A DNA stretch of 32,000 nt from the NCBI RefSeq assembly GCF_000023205.1, contig NC_012803.1:2070001-2102000 (forward strand). The letters run 5' to 3'. Under the pieces are notes generated by a model. That model made no database searches. It had not been told where the DNA came from and saw nothing but the letters and a program-made list of their open reading frames with translations. This DNA is from Micrococcus luteus NCTC 2665. Its GTDB lineage: Bacteria > Actinomycetota > Actinomycetes > Actinomycetales > Micrococcaceae. The position numbers and the translations under genes are program-made. Shown here one piece after another: positions 25,497 through 32,000 of this stretch. The first letter of the stretch is position 1. Every line of letters begins with the position of its first letter.

Positions 25497-26078
25497 TCAT
25501 CCTCGCCGCACTGTGTCGAGGTCCCACGCGTGGGGCAGGGGCGTCCGGGTCGACGGCAGGGCCACGCTGCGCCGCCACTCGTGCAGCCACTCCGGCAGCG
25601 TCGGCTCCCCCGCGAGGTCGTGGCCGGCCGCCGCCGCGATCGCCCGGATCTCGTCGTTCTCCACGGGGCGGCCGTCCTTCTTGCGCAGGCGCGTGCAGAT
25701 GTACGCGCGCACCGCGACGTCGCCGTCGACCACCACGCGCTGCTCGAACCACACCGCGCGCTCGTCCAGGCCGATCAGCCGCGTCTCCACGTCGAACCGC
25801 TGCCCCAGGGTCACGGAGCGGCGGAACGCGATCTGCTCGGCCTGCACCACGGGCGTCCAGCCGCGACGGCGGATCTCGTCCCAGAGACCGGTGCGGACCA
25901 TCGCGTCGAAGCGGCCGAGGTCGAACAGCCCGAAGTACTGGCCGTTGTTGACGTGCAGGGCGATGTCCACGTCCGTGGGCAGGGCGCGCATCGGCAGCGT
26001 CGTCGGCTCCCAGAGCCCGACGCGCGGGCGGCGGCGGGCGCGGGCGACGACCCAGATCGTGCGGGGGATCAGATGCAT
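25497..26078 (-). CDS. Hotdog-fold acyl-CoA thioesterase-like protein
   Basis: DVDIALHVNNGQYFGLFDLGRFD...VVQAEQIAFRRSV is a 4HBT-like pattern. GAGGAGG lies 7 nt upstream of the ATG, and the gene starts 19 nt after the putA stop. Confidence 0.7.
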   Translation of the reverse strand: MHLIPRTIWVVARARRRPRVGLWEPTTLPMRALPTDVDIALHVNNGQYFGLFDLGRFDAMVRTGLWDEIRRRGWTPVVQAEQIAFRRSVTLGQRFDVETRLIGLDERAVWFEQRVVVDGDVAVRAYICTRLRKKDGRPVENDEIRAIAAAAGHDLAGEPTLPEWLHEWRRSVALPSTRTPLPHAWDLDTVRRG

Positions 26079-26097
26079 GGGATGTTCCTCCTCGGGG

Positions 26098-29000
26098 TCA
26101 CAGGACCCCCTCGGTCAGATGGTCCGGCGTGCCGAACCGGTGGGCGGTCACGGACACGGCCTGTTCGTGCAGGAACGGCAGCAGCTCCACCTCACCGGCG
26201 CTCACCACGGGGCCAGCGTAGACCGCCACGTCGGGGGTGTCGCCGAGCGCCGCGTGGAGCGCGGTCCGCGCCGCCTCGGCCGCTTCCCGGTTGCCGGTCC
26301 AGTCGGCGACGAGCCGGATCCGTGCGTCGCCGCCGCCCTCCGTCGCGGGCGGGACCAGGGCCAGCCGCCGGGCGCGGTCGTGGAACACGGCGTCGTCCTC
26401 GACGACGACGTCCACCGGCGCGGCCGTGCCGGCACCCTCCGTGCGGACGGACCGGACCAGCTCCTCCACCCGGCCGCGCACGGCCTCGGCCGAGAGCCTG
26501 TCCGCGTCGGGCCCCTCCGCGGTGGGGGTCGGGCGCAGGCTCACGGTCATGGGCGCCCCGGCGCGCAGGCCGGCGGAGACGATGCGCAACAGGTGGTCGG
26601 CGGGCCCCGAGTGCCGGCGCACGAGGACCGGGGTGGGGACGTGACGCATCACGTTCCGCTCGGCCTCGAGCGCGGAGACGTCCGTGGCCACCCCGAACAC
26701 GGTGGTCCACGCGTGGGTGTCGAGGGCGCGGGCGGTCTCGAGCCAGGACGCTCCCGCACCGTCGGCCTCGGACCCGGGCCGTCCCTCTCCCCCGGCCCAC
26801 GTGGGCGCGTCCTCCCAGTCCACGAGGCCGTGCAGGTAGTGCGGCCCGCCGGCCTTCGTGGTGGGGCCGACGACGGAACGCTTCCAGCCGCCGAAGGGCT
26901 GGCGGCGCACGATGGCCCCGGTGATGCCGCGGTTCACGTAGAGGTTGCCGGCGCGCACGCCGCGCAGCCACACGTCGATCTCCTCCCGGTCCAGCGAGTG
27001 CAGCCCGGAGGTGAGGCCGTAGTCCACGGCGTTCACGATCCCGATCGCCTCCTCGAGCGTCTCGGCCGTCATCACGGCCAGCACGGGGCCGAAGTACTCG
27101 GTGAGGTGGGCGTCGGCGCCGGGGCGGACGCCGGAGCGGATGCCCGGGCTCCACAGGCGACCCGTCTCGTCCAGCTGCCGCGGACGCAGGGCCCACCGCT
27201 CCCCCGGGCCGAGCTCGGTGAGCCCGCGGCGCAGCTTCTCGCCGGGGGCCTCGATCACGGGGCCCATCTCGGCGCGCGGGTCCGCGGGGTGCGCCACGTG
27301 CAGGGACGAGGCGGCGTCCAGCAGCTGCCGGTGGAAGCGCTCGGAGGTGGCCACGGAGCCGACGAGCACCACGAGGGAGGACGCCGAGCACTTCTGGCCG
27401 GCGTGACCGAACGCGGACTGGACCACGTCCTTCGTGGCCAGGTCCAGATCCGCGGACGGGGTCACGATCACGGCGTTCTTGCCGGAGGTCTCGGCGAGCA
27501 GGTGCAGGTCGGGGCGCATCCCCTTGAACAGCCGTGCGGTGTCCCAGCCGCCGGTGAGGATGAGCCGCTCGACGGCCGGGTCGGTCACGAGCACCGCGCC
27601 GACCTCCGCCTCGTCCTCGTCCGCCAGCGTCACCAGGCGCACGAGGTCCGCGGGGTCGTGCCCGGCGAGCGGGCCGCCGTCGTCGAACAGGCCCGAGTCC
27701 CGCAGCCCGGCCACGATCAGCTCCCACGCGACCGCGCCCGTCCGCTCGGACTGCGGGGCCGGCTTGAACACCACGGGCGAGCCGGCGCCGAGCGCGGCGA
27801 GGACGCCCCCGACCGGGATGGCCACGGGGAAGTTCCACGGCGGGATCACCAGGGTCAGGCGGACGGGCACGGCGCGAGCGCCCTCCACCGCGTCCAGGCC
27901 GCGGGCCAGGCGCGCGTAGTAGTGCGCGAAGTCCACGGCCTCGGAGACCTCGGGGTCGCCCTGGTCCAGGGTCTTGCCGGTCTCGGCGGCGGCCACCTCC
28001 AGCAGACGGGCCCGGCCGGCGTGCAGGGCCCGGCCGACGGCGTCCAGCGCGTCGGCGCGCTCGTGGCCGGTGAGCGCGCCCCAGCGGGCGCCGGGGTCGG
28101 CGGTGGCGGCGATGGCGGCGCGGGCGTCGTCGGCCGTGGTGGCGCGGTGGGCGCGGACGGTGTCCGTCCCGAGGTCCGAGCCCGGGACGGCCGTGAGGAT
28201 CCGGCGGGCCCACTCCCGGTTGCCGGGCAGCGCGGGGTCCGTGTCCGGGGTGTTGGCGAAGCCGTCCACGGGGGCGGGGGTCGGCCCGTCCTCCCCGCGG
28301 GACCGGTCCTGGACGCGGTTCGGACGGGGCACGGCCGCGTCCAGGTGGCGCAGCGAGGCGCGGAAGCGCTCCTCCTCGCGGGCGAACAGGTCCGCGTCCG
28401 CGCCCAGGTCGAACACGGCGGACATGAAGTTCTCCGGGGAGGCACCCTCCTCGAGGCGGCGCACGAGGTAGGAGATCGCCACGTCGAACTCCTCGGGCCG
28501 CACCACGGGCGTGTAGAGCAGCAGGGCGCCGACGTCGGCCCGGACGGCGGCGGCCTGGCCGGTGGCCATGCCGAGCAGCATCTCGAACTCCACCGCGGCC
28601 GAATCGAGGCCGCGGCGCTCGATCAGCCGGTGGGCCAGGGCCACGTCGAAGAGGTTGTGCCCGGCCACGCCGATGCGCACGTGGGCCAGATGCTCCGGGG
28701 TGAGCGCGTAGTTGAGCACGCGCTTGTAGTTGGTGTCCGCCTCCTGCTTCGAGCCCACCGTGGCCAGCGGCCAGCCCGTCAGGGAGGCCTGCATCCGCTC
28801 CATGGGCAGGTTGGCGCCCTTGACCACGCGTACCTTGACCGGGGCGCCGCCGGCGGCGACGCGGCGCGCGGCCCACTCCTGCAGGCGCACCATGGCCGCG
28901 AGCGCGTCCGGCAGGTAGGCCTGCAGCACGATGCCGGCCTCGTAGTCGCGCAGGCCCGGCTGCTCGAGCAGGGCGGTGAACACGTTGAGCGTGAGGTCGA

Positions 29001-29742
29001 GGTCGCGGTACTCCTCCATGTCCAGGTTGATGAAGGTGTCCCGGTCCCGGGCGAGCTCGAACAGCGGGGTGAGCCGCTCGGTGATGTCCGCGACGGCCTC
29101 GTCGAACGCGTAGGGCGCGTGCGGGGCGGTGGCGGCGGAGACCTTCACGGACACGTAGTCGACGTCGTCGCGGCGGATCAGCGCGGCGATGCCCTCGAGC
29201 CGGCGGTCCGCCTCGCCCTGACCGAGGATCGCCTCGCCCAGCAGGTTGATGTTCAGCCGGGTGTGCTCGTCGCGCAGGGCCGTGATGGCCTTGCCGAGCT
29301 GCCGGTCCCGCGCGTCGACGATCAGGTGGGAGACCATGCGCCGCAGCACGCGGCGGGCCGTGGGGACGGCGATGCGCGGCACAAGCGGGGCCGCGCGGCC
29401 GCCGGCGCCGAGGACGGCGCGCAGTGCCGGGGGCAGGAAGCCGGGGGCGCGGCCGGCGAGCTCCCGCAGCGCCCGGGCGGCGATCGCGGGGTCCTCGGGG
29501 CGGACCACGTGGTCCACGAAGCGCACGATGAAGTCGAGGCCGCCCGGCTCCTTCAGGGCGCCCGCCAGCTGGCGGGCCGCGAAGTCGGCCTCATGGTCGC
29601 GGGACTCGGCGAGCCAGCGCCTCACCTGCGCGACGGCGTCGTCGGCGAGGGCGTGCAGGTCGGCGGGGTCGGGGATCCCGCCGGTCGCGCCGAGGACCCG
29701 GTCGAGATCGTCGTGGTCCTGGGCGGAGAACGTCGCGGTCAT
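26098..29742 (-). CDS. putA: Bifunctional proline dehydrogenase / L-glutamate gamma-semialdehyde (P5C) dehydrogenase
   Basis: From the ATG at 29742 (MTATFSAQ...): a PRODH barrel region (VSVKVSA, LDMEEY, VVKGAN) followed by an ALDH domain (PWNFP, ETSGKNA, FGHAGQKCSASS). About 1214 aa, with no N-terminal RHH DNA-binding domain evident. Confidence 0.92.
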   Translation of the reverse strand: MTATFSAQDHDDLDRVLGATGGIPDPADLHALADDAVAQVRRWLAESRDHEADFAARQLAGALKEPGGLDFIVRFVDHVVRPEDPAIAARALRELAGRAPGFLPPALRAVLGAGGRAAPLVPRIAVPTARRVLRRMVSHLIVDARDRQLGKAITALRDEHTRLNINLLGEAILGQGEADRRLEGIAALIRRDDVDYVSVKVSAATAPHAPYAFDEAVADITERLTPLFELARDRDTFINLDMEEYRDLDLTLNVFTALLEQPGLRDYEAGIVLQAYLPDALAAMVRLQEWAARRVAAGGAPVKVRVVKGANLPMERMQASLTGWPLATVGSKQEADTNYKRVLNYALTPEHLAHVRIGVAGHNLFDVALAHRLIERRGLDSAAVEFEMLLGMATGQAAAVRADVGALLLYTPVVRPEEFDVAISYLVRRLEEGASPENFMSAVFDLGADADLFAREEERFRASLRHLDAAVPRPNRVQDRSRGEDGPTPAPVDGFANTPDTDPALPGNREWARRILTAVPGSDLGTDTVRAHRATTADDARAAIAATADPGARWGALTGHERADALDAVGRALHAGRARLLEVAAAETGKTLDQGDPEVSEAVDFAHYYARLARGLDAVEGARAVPVRLTLVIPPWNFPVAIPVGGVLAALGAGSPVVFKPAPQSERTGAVAWELIVAGLRDSGLFDDGGPLAGHDPADLVRLVTLADEDEAEVGAVLVTDPAVERLILTGGWDTARLFKGMRPDLHLLAETSGKNAVIVTPSADLDLATKDVVQSAFGHAGQKCSASSLVVLVGSVATSERFHRQLLDAASSLHVAHPADPRAEMGPVIEAPGEKLRRGLTELGPGERWALRPRQLDETGRLWSPGIRSGVRPGADAHLTEYFGPVLAVMTAETLEEAIGIVNAVDYGLTSGLHSLDREEIDVWLRGVRAGNLYVNRGITGAIVRRQPFGGWKRSVVGPTTKAGGPHYLHGLVDWEDAPTWAGGEGRPGSEADGAGASWLETARALDTHAWTTVFGVATDVSALEAERNVMRHVPTPVLVRRHSGPADHLLRIVSAGLRAGAPMTVSLRPTPTAEGPDADRLSAEAVRGRVEELVRSVRTEGAGTAAPVDVVVEDDAVFHDRARRLALVPPATEGGGDARIRLVADWTGNREAAEAARTALHAALGDTPDVAVYAGPVVSAGEVELLPFLHEQAVSVTAHRFGTPDHLTEGVL

Positions 29743-29873
29743 GGCCGCACTCTGCACGTGTGCCGGGTCACAGGTCAAACCGCCGCGGCTTCCTGTCAGA
29801 CGCCTATGCTCGATGGACATCCCCTCGCCGCGCGCCCGCGCGTCGCCGCCGTCTTCCCAGGAGCCCGTCCGCC

Positions 29874-30923
29874 ATGGCCGCCGCCGACCCCGTCCCCACC
29901 GACGCGCGGGAGCGCCGGGACGTCGTCGTGCCCGTGCCCGGACCCGAGGACCCGCCCGAGCGGGCCTGGCTCGTCCTGCCCCACCGCCACCCGGTGCGGA
30001 CGCTGCTGGACGAGACGCGGGACGCCGTCGTCGGCCTGGCCGAGACGCTCGCCGCCGTACTGCCGGTGACCGTGCTCGCCCACCCGCGCGACGCCGGGGC
30101 GGCGCGGCTGGTGCCCCCGGAGGTGGACCTGCTGCGCGCGCCCGTGGGCTCGCCGCTGCTGGGCCGCACCGGGCCGAGCTTCGTCCGGCGCCCCGAGGGC
30201 CTGGCCGCCGTCGCCTGGCGCAGCGCCGCGGGCCTGACCGGGACCGGGCCGCTCGACGGAGCGGCCGCGACGGCCGTGGCGGAGGCGGCGGGACTGCCGC
30301 TGCTCACGCCCCTGCTGTGCGCCCCGCGCGGGGCCTGGGTGACCGACGGCGAGGGGACGGCCGTGGTGGCCGCGGACCCCTTGCTGGACGGGCGGATCAA
30401 CGGCGCGTGGACCCCCGGCCAGGTGGCCGCCGAGTTCGCCGCCCTGCTGGGGATCACCCGGGTGCTGTGGCTGCCGCCGGCACCGCGGCCGGACACCGGG
30501 CCGTGGGGCGGGCCCGGCCACCTGGCCTCGTGGGTGCGGCTGCGGGGCGACGGCGAGGCCGCCGTGCACTGGCGCGGCGACCGGTTCCACCCCGAGCACC
30601 CCTACGCCGCGGCGGTGCTGCGCTTCCTGCAGGGCGCCGACGACGCCGCCGGACGGCCCCTGCGCGTGCGCACGGTGACCGGGGCGGCGCAGCCCGCCGC
30701 GTACGACCCGGCCGAGCGGGGCCCCCGCTCCCTCCTGGACACTCTGCCGCTGGGCGCGGCGGTGCTGCGCCCGGCGTTCGAGGACGCCGCGGGCGAGGAG
30801 GCCGCGGCCGCCGCGTGTGCGGCACTGCACCCGGGGCTGCCCCAGCTGTCGTTCCCCGCCCCGCCGCTGCTGCGGCTGGCCGGCGCGCTCAACGACCTGG
30901 TGCTGCTCCAGCCTCGCCCGTGA
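29874..30923 (+). CDS. Agmatine deiminase / PAD_porph-fold protein with non-canonical residues at expected catalytic positions
   Basis: From the ATG at 29874 (AGGAG 9 nt upstream): AWLVLPH, PVTVLA, GRTGPSFV, VTDGEGTAVV, LGITRVLWL, DAAGRPLRV. The C-terminus reads LAGALNDLVLLQPRP where the family normally has GGG..HC.TQQ.P. Confidence 0.6.
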   Translation: MAAADPVPTDARERRDVVVPVPGPEDPPERAWLVLPHRHPVRTLLDETRDAVVGLAETLAAVLPVTVLAHPRDAGAARLVPPEVDLLRAPVGSPLLGRTGPSFVRRPEGLAAVAWRSAAGLTGTGPLDGAAATAVAEAAGLPLLTPLLCAPRGAWVTDGEGTAVVAADPLLDGRINGAWTPGQVAAEFAALLGITRVLWLPPAPRPDTGPWGGPGHLASWVRLRGDGEAAVHWRGDRFHPEHPYAAAVLRFLQGADDAAGRPLRVRTVTGAAQPAAYDPAERGPRSLLDTLPLGAAVLRPAFEDAAGEEAAAAACAALHPGLPQLSFPAPPLLRLAGALNDLVLLQPRP

Positions 30924-32000
30924 CCTCGTCCGCCGCGGGGCCGTCCTCGTCTCCACCGTCCGCCGGGGCGCGGTCCTCGTCTCCACCGTCCGCCGGGGCG
31001 CGGTCCTCGTCTCCCCCGTGCGCGTCGGACCGCCAGGCCGCCGGGCGCAGCCGTTCCAGGAGCGAGGACTGACGGCGCTCCATGCCCTTCAGATCCGAGG
31101 CGATGAGCGCGTTGATCCAGCGGGCGTTCGGGTCGGCGTCGATCAGCACGGCCTTGGCCAACAGCGTGCAGGGCAGCGCGAGGATGGCGCCGAGCGGGCC
31201 CAGGACCCAGGCCCAGAAGAGCAGGGAGAGGAAGCTGACGGTGGGGATCACGCCGATCGCGTCGCCGGCCACCTTGGGCTGGATCACGGACTGCAGCACG
31301 AAGTTCAGCACCGAGTAGCTGACCACCACCCACAGGAAGTCGGACCAGCCGCCCGCCGCCAGGCCCAGGACGGCCGGCGGCAGCAGGCCGATGATGAAGC
31401 CGACGTTCGGGACGTAGTTGGTGAGGAAGCTGAGCACGCCCCACACGAGCGCGAGTGGGACGCCGATCAGCATGAGGGCGATCACGTCCAGCACCGCCAC
31501 GATCAGGCCGAACACCGTGGTGACCACCCAGTAGCGGCGCACGCCCTGGGCGAACTCGACCAGGGCGTGGCCGAACTCATGGCGGGCGGTGCTGAGCAGG
31601 CGGACGCGGCGTTCGACGTCCATCGAGTCCATCGCCAGGAAGAACATGCCCATGATCACGGTGACGAGCAGGCCGAAGACCGCGTAGACGTTCGTGGCGA
31701 TCTTCGTGACGGCGCTGACGGCCGTCCCGGTCACGGCGCTCATGTCGATCGAGGCCAGCTGCTGGGACACCATGTCCGGGGTCACGCCGCGCTCGCTGAG
31801 CCAGTGCGAGACGTCCAGGACGATCTGCTGGAAGCGGTCCGTGTACTTCGGCAGCTCCGCCACCAGCTCGAGGCCGGACCACACCATCATGCCCCCGAAC
31901 ACGCCCATCACCGCGACGATCAGCAGGACGGTGGTGGTGGCGCCGAGCACGGGGTGCAGGCCCCGGCGGATGAGCCAGGCCTGCAGCGGGTAGGCCACGA
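30889..32000 (-). CDS. AI-2E family transporter (PerM/UPF0118), N-terminus beyond the right edge
   Basis: Multi-TM protein with FLTNYVPNVGFIIG, IQPKV.GDAIG..P and LGP.GAILA.P motifs. The acidic repeat tail overlaps the convergent upstream gene by 35 nt. Confidence 0.85.
   Translation of the reverse strand, partial: VAYPLQAWLIRRGLHPVLGATTTVLLIVAVMGVFGGMMVWSGLELVAELPKYTDRFQQIVLDVSHWLSERGVTPDMVSQQLASIDMSAVTGTAVSAVTKIATNVYAVFGLLVTVIMGMFFLAMDSMDVERRVRLLSTARHEFGHALVEFAQGVRRYWVVTTVFGLIVAVLDVIALMLIGVPLALVWGVLSFLTNYVPNVGFIIGLLPPAVLGLAAGGWSDFLWVVVSYSVLNFVLQSVIQPKVAGDAIGVIPTVSFLSLLFWAWVLGPLGAILALPCTLLAKAVLIDADPNARWINALIASDLKGMERRQSSLLERLRPAAWRSDAHGGDEDRAPADGGDEDRAPADGGDEDGPAADEVTGEAGAAPGR
30943..31024. 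repeat. 30-bp tandem repeat: two perfect copies (30943-30972, 30973-31002) plus a degenerate third
   Basis: gtcctcgtctccaccgtccgccggggcgcg occurs twice, then gtcctcgtctcccccgtgcgcg. It encodes GGDEDRAPAD repeats in the AI-2E transporter tail. Confidence 0.9.

Noticed and set aside
25513-30069. 1518-aa plus-strand ORF, the longest ORF in the track
   Set aside because: It is antisense to putA. The translation is Arg/Gly/Pro/Ala-rich with no recognisable motifs, while the minus strand encodes a full PRODH+ALDH PutA. Long antisense ORFs are expected in very GC-rich DNA because stop codons are rare.
30943-31024. Possible CRISPR-like repeat array
   Set aside because: The 30-bp units are directly adjacent with no spacers, lie in-frame inside a coding sequence and number only 2-3. 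This is a coding tandem repeat, not a CRISPR array.
1-32000. Scan for tRNA/rRNA genes, transposases, integrases, phage or defence-system genes
   Set aside because: I recognised no T-loop/anticodon-arm patterns, no rRNA-like conserved stretches and no DDE/tyrosine-recombinase, nuclease/helicase or toxin-antitoxin-like ORFs. Every ORF longer than about 170 aa that is not a shadow ORF is accounted for by the features listed.

Overview
Very GC-rich, actinobacterial-type chromosomal segment, probably from a Micrococcales-like organism (an inference from composition and gene content only). It is densely packed with about 28 protein genes. I found no rRNA, tRNA, CRISPR array, transposase or integrase.

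Gene content, left to right:
- hup (partial).
- An rpmB-rpmG-rpsN operon encoding Cys-poor (C-minus) ribosomal proteins.
- A VIT1/CCC1-type Fe/Mn exporter gene carrying a 1-nt frameshift.
- A two-operon locus built around the prokaryotic 5-oxoprolinase families. An NRAMP-fold permease plus a DUF1445/YcsI-like protein converge on pxpA, a pxpB::pxpC fusion, a biotin carboxylase/BCCP protein and a GntR regulator. Both promoter regions carry the same palindromic 14-mer.
- A Xi-class GST (YqjG-like) and an MBL-fold hydrolase, divergent and only 12 bp apart.
- A Usp-family protein.
- An MscS-family channel gene interrupted by an in-frame TAG.
- hisD and an S4-domain protein.
- A four-gene envelope module: a lower-GC, Sec-secreted protein with its own promoter and terminator, then a lipoprotein, a 931-aa FtsX/MacB-like permease and an ABC ATPase.
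- A flavin reductase-like protein, a cold-shock protein and an MFS transporter.
- A putA - hotdog thioesterase - membrane-anchored FMN glutamate-synthase-like operon.
- An agmatine-deiminase-fold protein that appears to lack the catalytic Cys.
- An AI-2E family transporter (partial) with a 30-bp tandem repeat in its tail.

The two best candidates for an uncharacterised system are the biotin-linked Pxp-type locus (2419-9683) and the secreted-protein/lipoprotein/FtsX/ABC module (15822-20678). All family assignments come from reading translated motifs by eye. No database search was possible.
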